From the NCBI GenBank assembly GCA_050230475.1, contig JBFLGF010000042.1, positions 56,024-76,023 on the forward strand: a stretch of DNA of 20,000 nt, in the 5' to 3' direction. Position numbers and translations under genes: made by a program. This document shows, piece after piece, positions 1 to 11,323 of this stretch. Below the pieces are notes generated by a model that saw nothing but the letters and a program-made list of their open reading frames with translations, made no database searches and was not told where the DNA came from. This stretch comes from Ancylonema sp. Lineage: Eukaryota. The stretch's first letter is position 1. Every line of letters starts with the position of its first letter.

Positions 1-149
1 TGTCCAATTTGTTTTAATTTGCGGAAAATGGAAATGGTAACGAATATCGGAAATTGTTGAAGAATCTTTGGTGGTAAGTTTATGATGTATGGAACCCCTC
101 CCAAATGTAGAAGGTAAGTACCGTCGTGGTGTGTGAACTGTAGCCAGGA

Positions 150-1113
150 GTCCTGCCAGAAACTTGACCACGTTCTCGTCCATCATGCGGCCAATGACAA
201 TATGCAGTTGCTTCTTATTGGTGGAGTGTGCAGCTGAGTCTCCGGGAATGATGCCCGTGCAGCGTTCTTTGCACCATGTGGAAGGGATGTCCCAACGTCC
301 TGCTGGGCTTTTCACCATGCCTGCACCAGCGTTAGGGTGGACGTACTTGTAGTCTGGATTGTCGGAAAAGGGGGAGAATGGCGGTAACGCTTTGTGTTCT
401 TCATGACGCACGTTGTCTGCCGATTTGAAGGTGTCGGTTTTGTACACAGTCTGCGGCTCATACCCTGTGTCAAGGACGTCGCGTAGGTCACGAACTTCTG
501 AAGTGGTAGGTAAGGCATTTTGCAGATCGGACGGGGATATCCAATTTGTCCACACATGGATGGGTCCATGTACGTTGGAGCCGAAGTTTGTACCGTCGAT
601 GATGACTAAGTGTCCCAAGAAAGCATGCACCAAAGGAATCATCTCCTTCACCCATTCTGGTGTGTCTGCGGTAATGGCCTTAGTCCAAAAGATGTAGAGG
701 GGATGGTAGTTCTGGATGGTGTAAAGTTTTTGGGTCATGTGAACCAAGGTAATGAACGGGATGACTCGATGATCGTAGAGGCCGCGTAGCTTGCCATAGG
801 TCCTTGTCATTTCTTGGTTCTAGTTGGCGACCACTAAATCGACACCTCCTCGATCTTGGTAAAGTTTATGCAGCATGTCCAGCTTGTGATTCTGGACCTG
901 GAAAGGGAGTTGGTTGTCGTAGCCTTGGATGGCGCTGTCAGCAATCTGGTAATGATGACGAAGGGGTAGTTTGGTAATGACCGCACGGGAGGTGATTCTG
1001 CAAAGATCATCGTCTTCGCTGGAGGTGAGCCATCGCAGATTTTTGTCTGCGTAAAGAGCGATCTTCGTGCCAGGATGGTCGGGTCCGCTGCAGGGCTCGT
1101 GGATGTGTAGTCC
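150..1113 (-). pseudogene. DNMT3-like C5-cytosine DNA methyltransferase fold within the retrotransposon polyprotein; catalytic motifs degenerate, one in-frame TAG at 820-822
   Basis: Manual translation continuing ORF 820..1542 past its stop; the frame stays open to base 1. Motifs appear in canonical order: I GLHIHEPCSG, II WLTSSEDD, IV GGVDLVVAN*NQEMT, V GKLRGLYDHR, VI PLYIFWTK, VIII LGHLVIIDGTNFGSNVHGPIHVWTNW, then LRDVLDTGYEPQ, IX IPSTWCKERCTGIIPG, X IVIGRMMDENVVKFL. These parallel the DNMT3 segments FDLVIGGSPC, PVMIDA..SAAHRARYFWGNL, EMERVFG and LLGRSW. Confidence 0.8.
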
Positions 1114-2954
1114 CCTTTCCGAGTGGTTCTCCCGAAAACGTCGTAAGGTTTTTTGCATTGGTACGGCTCCCAGGATGTTGATGCCGTTCCATCGTGGTAC
1201 TGGTTGCGGATGGGTAATTAAGGTACGGGGAACTCGTCGAGCTCTGTCAATGTTGTTTTCCCCGAAGATGCGGATCTGTTGGTTGAGGTGTCGGCGAGAG
1301 GCTGGTGCCATAAGTTGTTGTCGTACTACAACGGAAGCGATTATTTTGGCGTCTGTAGATGGAGGGATTTCGCCGACACTCATCATGTGGCGGATTGTAG
1401 TCTGCTCCACAGGCCATGAAGCTCTGATGTATGTTTCTCTGCTGATGCCTCTCAATGTGGCCTTGGACCTGGCAGCGTCGTTCATATCGCGCGAATCATA
1501 GAGGTGCAGGAAGTGTTGGAGTCCCAGGGGTTTCTTTGACATGTCTATGTAGCGGTCGATTGCCTCTTAGTCCCGGGTGTACTCGTTGACTTCTGTAATG
1601 GTAAGTGCAAATTTGTGGTTCTATATGTAATCTCTGGGAATGTAGCTTGCGTGTAAGAGTAGATGTTTACCTCTGTTTGTAGGCACCGGTGGGTAATAAA
1701 GTCGATTGCGGGTGTTGCGAGTTGGAGGTGATGGGGTGCGGGAGTGACGACGTGAATTGGATGGAGCAGCTTCATCGATGGGGTTGAGCTGGATGTTGTC
1801 GACACCTCGCCTCGCTCTTTCTTGTAGGTAAATTTCGTCCCGCTGTGCCGTGGTAAGCAGATTGAGGTTGACTCCATGAGGTCGATTTCTGGTAATTTTT
1901 GGGGAAGGCACAGGAAGCAACTGTTCAGGAGATTGAAACATGGGAGAGTCGATCATGGGTGATACTACAGCATAAGGGATTGCTGCATACTCAGGAGATG
2001 GCGTGGCTTCTCGGGCGGGTTGGGTACAAGCGTAGATTTACTTTTAAGTTTCCGTGGTAAGACGAATGGGTCAGGTCGACGCTGTCGACACTCCTCGATA
2101 AATGCGTCATAAAATGATGATGTCCAATCTTCCATGTTGCTGATAGTGTTCAGCACTTGAGCCAAGTCTTCTTCCGGAACCATAGTGGACATTGCTAGTT
2201 CTGCTGCCTCTTTGGTTGATGGCTGTCGGGGTGTGTTAGGGTTGTAGGAAGTCGGTAATGTAGGATTTTGTGCCATCGTGGGCGTCTTTGGTAAAATGGA
2301 TGCTTGTTGTTGCTCTTCGGGTTCTGATTCTGTGTCCGCCGCTGCTAATTCTATAGCTGCTAGATCCGCTGCTACTGGCGGAAAGTGTTGGTGCAGCGGA
2401 AAGTGTTGTCTGTGTCATTGGTAAAGTATTGCACAGAGTATAAGTCTGATGAGTCGTATCGTGTGGGAAATTATTTTCGGAACAGCTAATATTCGGATTG
2501 TCAGGTAAAACATCGAACATGGAATAAACAGTGATAATATTGTTGTATGGTAATTCCTTGTCCTGTGGAATCGTATCGTAAAGTTGATATGATGTCTCAT
2601 GCAGGCATGTGTCTTCATTTTCAACTTCCCATGGTTTGGCTAACATTCCAATATCTGAATATCGTGGTGTTTCGTATGATCGAGGATAGTTCGAGAAAGA
2701 TGTAGCTGCTTTCGTTGAGTCGTCCATGATTGCATATTGTGGTGACGGGTAAAGTACCTTGTCATTGTCATCAGTTTTGTCCATATTATCACGTTGCATA
2801 GCTTCCAACTCGATGAGTCGCTTGTCGTCTGGCGTTGCATGGCTTCCAACTCGATGAGTCGCGTGTCGTCTAGTCCGAGGATTGTGTACGACCCATAAGG
2901 TATTGTCGAATCGTCGTGGTCCTCGACCGGTTTTCGCCACTCCAACGGTTTAAT
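1114..2954 (-). pseudogene. Uncharacterised, frameshifted polyprotein segment (~600 codons) between Gag and the DNMT-like domain
   Basis: Consecutive minus-strand ORF fragments (2640..2945, 2236..2940, 1965..2276, 1621..1956, 820..1542) join through a few stops and frameshifts. Partly Pro/Ser/Thr-rich; no recognisable domain. Confidence 0.55.
2792..2873. repeat. 41-bp tandem duplication (2 copies) causing a frameshift
   Basis: cgttgcat(a/g)gcttccaactcgatgagtcgc(t/g)tgtcgtct at 2792 and 2833. The peptide RLIELEAMQR therefore appears in two different frames of the ORF track. Confidence 0.95.
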
Positions 2955-4720
2955 TTATTGACCTGCGGGTAACGATAATGTTGACGATGGTGCGTGTAAA
3001 TTAATAGGTGCACCGTTACGTAACTGGTTACACTGTTGTATCGTGTGTCCCACAGCATTGCAATGAGCGCATCGGGCTCCTAGTGTATAATCCTTGGGTC
3101 CATATTGTCGTGTCTGACTAGAATTTATCGATTTCGGTTGTCCGTAAAATTTTCCTTTGTAATTTCCTTGAGGTTGTTGACCGATAGTTTGTTGATTCGA
3201 AGGTCGGTAAGGTTGCGTATGTCCGGTAGGTGTTGCAAATTTCATTGGTAAAATGAAGTCTTTCTTGTAGTGGCCGACTTGGTTGCAGGTGTAACATGTT
3301 GGAGGTTGTCGTTCGCCATTAGTATTTTGTCGATCTGTAGGTCTTTCGTTTTGTCGTTTTGTCGTTTTGTTGTCTGTACGTTGGAGTACTTGGTGTATAA
3401 GCCTTTCGGTCAAAAAATGTCGATTTCGGTATATAAGCGTCGGATGAATTTCTCGTTCCACCCGCAGCTCTCATGTCAGCTTTTTGTTTTGCCATGTATA
3501 ATTCGCTTTCATTGGCTTCTGTCATGATCTCTTTCCTTGTTAATGGTGCTTCTCGTGGATTTGCAAAGAACCGTTGTTTGTTGGTGTCAAAATACCATTT
3601 CTTAATATGATATTGGATCGGTAAAGGAATCACTTATAGTAAACGAAGCGCAAGTTGTTTGGAAGTCATTGCATTAGATCCTTCAATCACTGAAGCTGCA
3701 TCATTAAATTTTGCGTAAATTGATGAGACTGTATCCGTCGGTGAACAAACCATATTGTCCACTTCAATCAAATATTCTGCATATGAGGTACGGAATCTTG
3801 TTTCAATTGCATCGATGAATGCTTGTAATTCATGTGATTCTGGTTGACTTGGTGGCTGTGGTTCAGTCATACCATCGCCTCTTCCATGAAATCTGTGGTA
3901 AAATTTGTCGATAGAGTAATCACGCCACATTTCGCGTAAATATCTTGTGTTGGCGTCTCCTTCGTGGTCGGTCATAAAACTTTACCATTCTCGTTGAGCT
4001 TCTCCTTTACAATAAGCCCCTAGATTTCGAACTAAATCCATCTCTGCATAGCCAGTACATTTTTCCCGTTTAAGGATTTCGTAATGACTTAGTACTGAGT
4101 TAATAAATTCGTCTTGAGTAGTGCCCAATGCTCCGTGATACGGTGTGATTGGCGGTAAGGATGCCATATTATCTCCCCAATTTATACTCTTTCTTTCATA
4201 AGTTGGTACTGCTTGCGGTGGTGTTGGCGGAGGTTGTGACGGTTGAGTAGTTGATGGTGGAGTCGGTGGTTGGATTGGTGTAGGTACTTCTCTGTTCGAA
4301 GTCAAGTCTAGACTTTTAGGATTATATGAACTCGTGTCTGAGGATAGGCTAGTTTCCCTAGTAATAGGTGCTGATCCAAATAATCTTCTAGATGGATAGT
4401 TATTGTGTCGAAAATCAGGAGAATCAAATACATTCAGTGGTGTACTGTTTTGATTTCTTTGTACCGGAACTGTAGTGTCTGGGGTTGATTTTTCTGTTGG
4501 TAATTCACTTTGTGTTTTTCCAGATTGAACTTCTATAGTAATTAGGTTGAGAAAACTGGCTGGTTAACCGTATACTATCCTTTTCAGAATCACTGTTGTC
4601 AAACAAAAAGTTTGGTAAAGTAAACGTTCCAGGAGGGATGTCTACTGCTAGTCCCGTTTGTTGTAAATCCTCCAGATTGGCAATTTCCGTTAGTCTTCCG
4701 TTAATACGTTTCCACGGCAT
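2955..4720 (-). pseudogene. gag: Retrotransposon Gag-like protein with two zinc knuckles (interrupted by stops and frameshifts)
   Basis: ORFs 3982..4305, 3634..3975 and 3319..3633 share one frame, separated by single stops. A Pro-rich N-terminus and helical capsid-like core are followed by CYTCNQVGHYKKDF (degenerate last Cys) and CAHCNAVGHTIQQC (CX2CX4HX4C) in ORF 2955..3461. Probable start is the ATG at 4720. Confidence 0.75.
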
Positions 4721-5385
4721 AAACTTTGAGAATTCACGGTGTATATGTTACTTAAATGCAATTGTGATAAATCTTGTATAATAATGGTTGTGCACGGTTT
4801 TTTTTTTAAACGTGTATATCTGGTTAAGTAATGGTTGTCAATACTTCTCAGGCGTGCAATTGTTCCGGGTGAGCAATTCTCAGTGCGTTCAGCAGCAAAA
4901 GAATGTCGATGGAAGCAACTTGTAGTGGTAGAGACAGTAAATAACAATAAAGACTTGATAATATACTGTCAATCTGTATAAAATTTCACGGTATTTGAGA
5001 GTAAATCTTGAGTACGGTATCAGTCCAGAAAATTACATACGGTGTCAATATTCTGAATTTGAGAGTAATGGTACGAGACAATAATATATTGGTAGAGCTG
5101 TTTGTAAACGAGTGGCAAATACTGTGATGTCGAATGAATTGAGCTCGGTCGAGTAAATTCGAATCGGTTCTGGCAGGACGTGAGGTCGCAAGGTAAAATA
5201 TATGTGGGGGGTATCGGTAATTTTTATTCTCGTATTTGTAAAAAAAAGTCACAGAAAACAGAATGAACTTGCAAAAAAATGACCCTCCCTTACTGGCGCG
5301 ACAGGCTGGGTACTGCGTGATCCAGGTTGGGGACTAACTCTATGAAGTATATTCGTGGTTCTCTTAGTCACAAAGCGATAAGTCC

Positions 5386-6286
5386 TGTAACAACCGGTAA
5401 CGAATGGTAGCCAAAGCAAAGATTGCAAGAATCCTGATCACATAGATGCTAGGAATTTCACAATTTCACGAAATAACTTTCACAATGATGATTCAACACG
5501 CAAATTTCACAGCAGTTTCACATAATTTCACAGAGAAACCACGCAAATCGTACAAATATCAAGTCCAGCCACTCCTGGATGCACAGATATGATTCTATAC
5601 CAACTCAAAGAGGTAGATTTCACGTACCTTTCTTGAACCGAAATCCGTCGAAGTCACGTAGTTGGTGGTCAGAGACCCTTGGTGGACGAGGATAATTCAC
5701 AAATTGCAAAACGACAGCTTGATGCAAAGTAATCGCAAACGAGAGAACGCTCGATACACACGATGTTTGCGAAAGCAAAAGATCATAGATTACGCCAGGC
5801 AAAGAATTCAGAGTGTCGAGGAAAACAATGGTGTGCAAGGAAAATCTCTTCAACGTCAAATTCAGCGAAAGCTGAGATTTGAAAGTTGTACCAAAGTATT
5901 TATTGTAAAACTCGAATATTCTACTCGCGCGCTCGCTGGGATGCGCGTGGCAAGAAATATCTAAATTAACTCGGCGCGCACGCTATAATTGGCTGAAGAC
6001 ATCTCTAATTGATTCTGAGTTGTTGATCTAAAGGGCTACGGTCACGATTGCTATTGTTGACAAGTCTGACACGTAGTCTACTCAATTCAAATACAAAGGG
6101 GAGCTAGTCAAAGATTGACTGCTCGAAACTTTAATAAAAGGGCGCCGGTCACCGACGAAGCTCGGAATGAAATGAGCGGGGGCGGAGTCGTGACAAGGCG
6201 GAAAAACATAGCGGTGCGGCATTTTAATATTCTGATAGCTGGCGATTTATACACGCATGACAGTACAGGCATATACGGGCATGACA
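5386..6286 (-). repeat. Candidate 5' LTR of the minus-strand element (outer end well supported, inner end tentative)
   Basis: Outer terminus TGTCA at 6286 (minus). Possible inner terminus ...TGTTACA at 5386. AATAAA on the minus strand at 5899-5904. No second LTR in the window and no clear tRNA PBS. Confidence 0.35.
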
Positions 6287-6443
6287 GAGCTGCCAGTTGT
6301 GGGTTATTCTGACGCTAGCCATGGTGATGATGTCGACACGAGAAAGGGGCGGGCGGGGTATGTGTTTATGAGTGCTGGGGTTGAAGTCAGTTGGAAGAGC
6401 AGTCTTCTCGAGACAATTACCCACTCTAGTTGTGAGAGTGAGT

Positions 6444-6810
6444 TGTTGGTTTTTGAGGGTCTGTGAACTTTTGTCTTTAATATCGATTTTAGGGCTTAAG
6501 TTTAGATTTGCCGATTTTGTAGTTTTGCCCGTCGATACGATTACTTTGGGCCACGTGGAAGTGTGTCGATAATATTAGGTGACTTGGCATAATACTTGAA
6601 TACGTTTGGTGTTGACTTGTCAGTTCGATCAGTAGAGATCTTTGACTGGGAGGGGGCACGGATCACACTCGATTGTACTTAGTCTGAGCTTCCATACAGG
6701 ATTATGCAATCAATCAATCTAATTCAAACTTGCACTTTCGCTGTGAATGTTTGTTTCATGTGTGTGAAGACTATTACTTCTTGCATCGATGGCAGAAGAT
6801 AGCAACAACA
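6444..6810 (+). repeat. 5' LTR of inner copia (367 bp)
   Basis: tgttggttttt...agcaacaaca; direct repeat of 11334-11718 with roughly 30 substitutions and one ~18-bp indel (counted by eye). Confidence 0.97.
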
Positions 6811-9800
6811 TTGGTATCAGAGCAAGGTACTGCATTTTAGATGGAGATAAAGTTTATTTCCAAGCTTGGCGATCTAAGGCATCTGCAACACTCGATGACA
6901 GAGACTGTCTTGAGATATGCAAAGGATTAGAAACAGATCCAGAGGAAGTTTATCCAGCATACGATGATGGGCACTGGATCACAAATCTGGATGAGATGGA
7001 TCAATATATAGAAGATATTATAAGTTTCCGAAAGCGATCGAAGAAAGCTATGATGCTACTTATGGGACTTGTGAGTGAGGACATAGATACAACTCTTGAG
7101 TAATATGAGAGAATACCAGCAGTCATGTGGAAGTACCTGAAAGAGGAGTTCGACAAAGTGACACCGAAGCTGAAGCAGCTCTCTAAGCAGCGGCTAAATT
7201 CGTCCAAAGTAAATGAGAAGCTTCCAGCTCGAGACATCAAGAGTGACTTTTTGTCCATCATCAGAGCCTGCGCACATCAAAAATATAAAGTCAGCGAGGA
7301 GGATCAAGTGATGGCGCTGTTCGCAGGGATATCGAGAACAAAGTATGGAGTGCTTAAAAAGCTGTACTTCGGTCAAGCAAAGGCTCCTGGAATCAGCTGG
7401 GTTTGGGCACAGATGGGTGTCGATGAACTTGATGATCAAAAAGAGAAAGGTGAAAGACAAGCTGAAGCACTTGTTGCAAAATAAAACTATGCAATATGGA
7501 GTGCACAACAAAAAAAATCAAATCGAAGGCGAAGTGGTGGTGGTAATCGAGGAGGTGGTGGCAGAGGTGCTGGCAGAGGTGACTGTGGGGGATATCGAGG
7601 AGGCAAAAGTGATCGAGGAGGTGGTGCTGACAGAGGAGCAGGTGGTGGCCATGTGTGTTATACTTGTGGAAGGACGGGTCATTTTAGTAGAGACTGTCCA
7701 AGGTAAGATGAGAGTTGTGACTATTGTGGCGCAACAGGGCATATTGAATTTACCGGTTTCGAAAAATATAACATGGCTCCTCGGATGCTGAGAAAAGGCC
7801 AGGAGACGGGAATAAAATATGCACACGTGAAGGAAATCGATGAAGGTGGAGATCAGGGTCATGGAGAAATTGTGGTTGGGGAAATCTGGGACTGGTCGGT
7901 GGATGTGATGAGGAACGAGGCTTTCTTTGGGATGATGGATCCAGTCACCACTCAAGTGGACAAAGAGCATACTTCAAAACTATGGTCGTAATTCCGCAGG
8001 AAATTGTGATGCATCATCTCGTTGGGAGTGTGCGCGTTAAACAATGGGGAACGGTAATGCTGAATACAGAAGGGGAATGGGGAGGCATCACGCTGAAGAA
8101 TTGCTTGTACATTCCAGGCAGGCGAGTAAACGTTTTCAATGGACAAAAAGCAAGAGAACAGGGTTGGGAGTACACTTTCAGAGGTCTTGCAGTTGAAATT
8201 ATTCCCGTCTACAAAAAGGATGGCAAGCAGATCTGCACTATTCGAGAATCGACATCTGGACGCCCATACCTTAATTTTCACGTCAATTCGCCATGATCGA
8301 CAGGATGAGGGAGAAGCAGTTGTCGCAGCTATCGATGTCAACATGCTGCATGCACGTCTTGGTCATGCCAATGAGAGAGTTCTCAGAATTATGGTAAAGG
8401 GAGATCTTGTGCGAGGCCTCGAAGGTGGTATTTCTGATGCCATGCTGAACTATGAGGGCTGTAAGCACATGATAGACCCCATCCACGCCGAGATCCAGGT
8501 GCTGGTGTAAAGGTATGTCTGGGATGAATTTCTATAGATCTGGCGGGACCGTTCAATCCAGCGTCGATAGGTGGCGGAGCATACAACATGGTCATCGTCG
8601 ACGAGTACAGCCGCAAGTCTTGGGTGTAAATCTTGCGTTCCAAAGATGATGCAGCTCCTCGACTCAAATAGTGGATTGCGATCTGGCAAAGACAAAGTGG
8701 GAAAACTGTCAACAACCTTCGATCTGACAGAGGAGGGGAATTTCTTGATGGTGACTTCAGTCAGTGGCTGAAAGGCAAGGGCATTAATCATAAGAAGACA
8801 CCACCGAATACTCCTCAGGCAAACGCTATCACGGAGCGCATGAACAGGACTCTGCAAGATCGAGCACGTTCCATGCTCTTGCACATAAAACTTCCCCTTG
8901 GACTCTGGGCTGAGGCTATTTCTCATGCATCCTACCTCAAATATCGATTCCACGTGACAAATCTGCCTAAAACTCCAAATAAATGTGGACTGGCTCTACT
9001 CCAAACGTTAGTCATCTCCGCACGTATGGGTGCAAAGTGTATGTCTGAATGGAGAAGCGAGATCGGCAGGGAAAAATGGCAACGCTAGCATGGGTAGGAG
9101 TGCTGATTGGTTGGAATTCTGACAGTCCTTGTCATAGGGCCTGGGATCCCACTACGAACAAAGTGCACAACGTCGGTCACGCTCATGCTGACTCTCATGA
9201 ATTTGTCGGTGCTGGCTGGCGGAGAGGCCATAATATTGGCAAAAATGAGAAATTGTCAGAAAAAGAAATTGTTGCAGACATGGAGTGGCTAGATTTATCG
9301 ACAGAATGTGATGATGTGTTTGGAGGGGGTGTTCGTCGTGATGTTGCTGATCATCCTGGAAATTAAACTTGGCCTTCTAGTGAGGAAGTGGTTCCCGCTG
9401 TTGTGGGAAGTCCCTTGCCACAACTTCAGAAATCCCCTTCTCATCAGATTGACGATGCTCCAGAGTTGGTGAGTAATTCCAGTGGAGACGACAGTGACCA
9501 AGATTTGCTGGAAGATGGAGCTGAGTGGTACCCGGATGATGTAACCCCTGAGAACCCTAATTTAAATTTGGCACAAGAGAAAGTCCAAACAGTAGTTGAG
9601 GCTGCTCAAGATGTTGTACGAAGATCGACAAGAGAGAACAAGGGAATTCCAACTAATCATTTTTTTGCAGCCTATGTAGCAGGACTAGATGTCGATGCAA
9701 AAACTCCAGAGTGAGTGAAAGAAGCTCTGAACAGTCGAGACAAATAAAAATGGCAACAAGCAATGGATGCTGGGACGGGAAGTTTGGAGGAAAATGAGGT

Positions 9801-11256
9801 CTTTCGTCTGGTCGATAGGCCAAAGGGCAAGAGGGTCGTCAAGTTTAAATGGGTACTTCGGATCAAAAGAAATGCAGATGGAACAATTGAAAAGTACAAA
9901 GACAGGGTTGTTGCAAAGGGTTTTTCTCAGGAATAGGGTGTGGAATATGATCAAACGCTTTCTCCTACAATCAGGTTTCAAAGTATACGCCAGCTGATAG
10001 CCATGGGGGCATCGACAGGGTTGCATATGCACCAGATGGACGTCGCAACTGCATTTCTGTATGCTCCGCTAGTGGAAGAAATTTACATGGAGGCTCCATA
10101 TGGCACTTGTAAGCCAGGGGAGGAGGGGAAGGTCTGGTTACTGCTTCGATGTCTGTACGAATTAAATCATGCACCAAGGGGATGGAACCAGCATATTGAT
10201 GATGTGCTGAAGGATATGGATTTTTGACGTCTAGAGTCAGATTTTGGGCTATACATTTTAGGAGAAGGCCCAAAAACTCTTTATCTGTCTCTATATGTCG
10301 ACGACTTGTTTCTTTTATGCATTGAGATCAAGAAGATTGGGGGTGTCAAGTCTGGACTTGGAGAACGGTACAACATGAAAGACTTGGGAGAGGCGAAATT
10401 TCTCTCGGGTTTGGAAATCAGACGGCAGCCAAATGGCGATGTATTCTTATGTCAGGAAAAGTATGCTCGAGAAGTTATAGATAAGTTTGGCATGTCTGAA
10501 TGAAAGTCTGCATCGACTCCCCTCGAGATTGGTGTTAAATTTTCTGTAAATGAGGGAGGTGCTTCTGAGGGAGCTATCATTGAAGGGGTGGGTTACAAAT
10601 CTGCCATGGGCAGTCTTATTTCTTTGTGTTCGGGTACCCGTCCAGATCTGGCTGGTGCAGTCAACTCTCTTTGCAGATACAGTCAGAATACAGGCGCGCA
10701 GCATTGGGAGGGGGTCAAAAGATTGTTGCGATATGTGGAGGGACCAGTTGGTTTTTGTCTTATGTATCAGAAAGGTGCAGCTTTGCCAGTACTTGGCTAT
10801 TCAGATGCCAGCCATGGAAATGACTGTGACACTCGGAGGGGGCGTGCTGGATATATTTTTCTCAGTGGGGGTGCTGCAGTTAGCTGGAAGAGTAGCTTGC
10901 TAAACACTGTTACCCACTCCAGCTATGAGACTGAATACTTGGCATTAAGTGCGGCTGGTAACGAGGCTCTCTACCCCCACCAAATGAAAGGAGTGGGGAC
11001 TTGGTGGGAAATCAGGTGTATTGATCTTGGGTGACAATGAGAGTTCTTTGAAATTGGCTGAAAACCCTGTATTTCATAAGAGGTCGAAGCATATCGAAAT
11101 CAAGTATCATTCAATTCGTGAGAGGGTAGCAAAGAAAAAGATTGAGCTATAGTTTGTGAGGAGTGAGGAGCAGGCAAGAGATATGCTCACAAAGCCTGTG
11201 TCAGTCAAGGTGTTGAAGGCAAATTGTGATCTTGTTGGGTTGGTGTATGAGCAGTA
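6789..11256 (+). pseudogene. Copia gag-pol polyprotein pseudogene (Gag with RGG tract and two zinc knuckles, GAG-pre-integrase, integrase, RT, RNase H)
   Basis: [14 protein letters not shown] (~7655-7700); LHARLGH (~8345); DLAGP, LRSDRGGEF and PQANAITERMNRTL (8537-8860); HQMDVATAFL (~10030); YVDDL (10294-10308); [25 protein letters not shown]. Many premature stops and frameshifts. Confidence 0.95.
6812..6823 (+). promoter_or_regulatory. Primer-binding site complementary to the 3' end of initiator tRNA-Met
   Basis: TGGTATCAGAGC one base after the end of the 5' LTR; canonical plant copia PBS. Confidence 0.95.
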
Positions 11257-11323
11257 AGGGCAAAGGGTGTGAAAAAATGATATCGATGGTTATCGTTTTT
11301 TGGAGGGGGAAACAAAAGTTCCC

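Larger units (their letters stand above)
1..6286 (-). mobile_element. Decayed LTR retrotransposon, probably Ty3/gypsy type (5' part: putative LTR/UTR, gag, long linker, DNMT-like domain); runs off the left edge of the window
   Basis: The minus strand begins TGTCATG at 6286, exactly where homology to the flanking copia RNase H stops. Downstream is a Gag-like reading frame with two CCHC knuckles, followed by a DNMT-like domain. No protease, RT or integrase is visible in the window, so the gypsy assignment is inferred from the DNMT type and the TG terminus. Confidence 0.7.

Noticed and set aside
2690..2740. AIMDDSTKAATSF as a retroviral protease active site
   Set aside because: Lacks D(S/T)G and the downstream ILG motif.
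5591..5602. Possible PBS (minus strand TGGTATAGAATC) for the minus-strand element
   Set aside because: Only a partial match to the tRNA-iMet PBS and not preceded by an LTR-terminal CA.
5620..5964. ORFs 5662..5964 (+) and 5620..5859 (-)
   Set aside because: No recognisable motifs; they lie in the presumed LTR/leader region and are of chance length.
1..6286. DIRS/tyrosine-recombinase or viral identity for the DNMT-bearing element
   Set aside because: No recombinase, RT or viral hallmark in the window; the TG terminus and clean interruption of the copia fit an integrase-type LTR element better. Not fully excluded.
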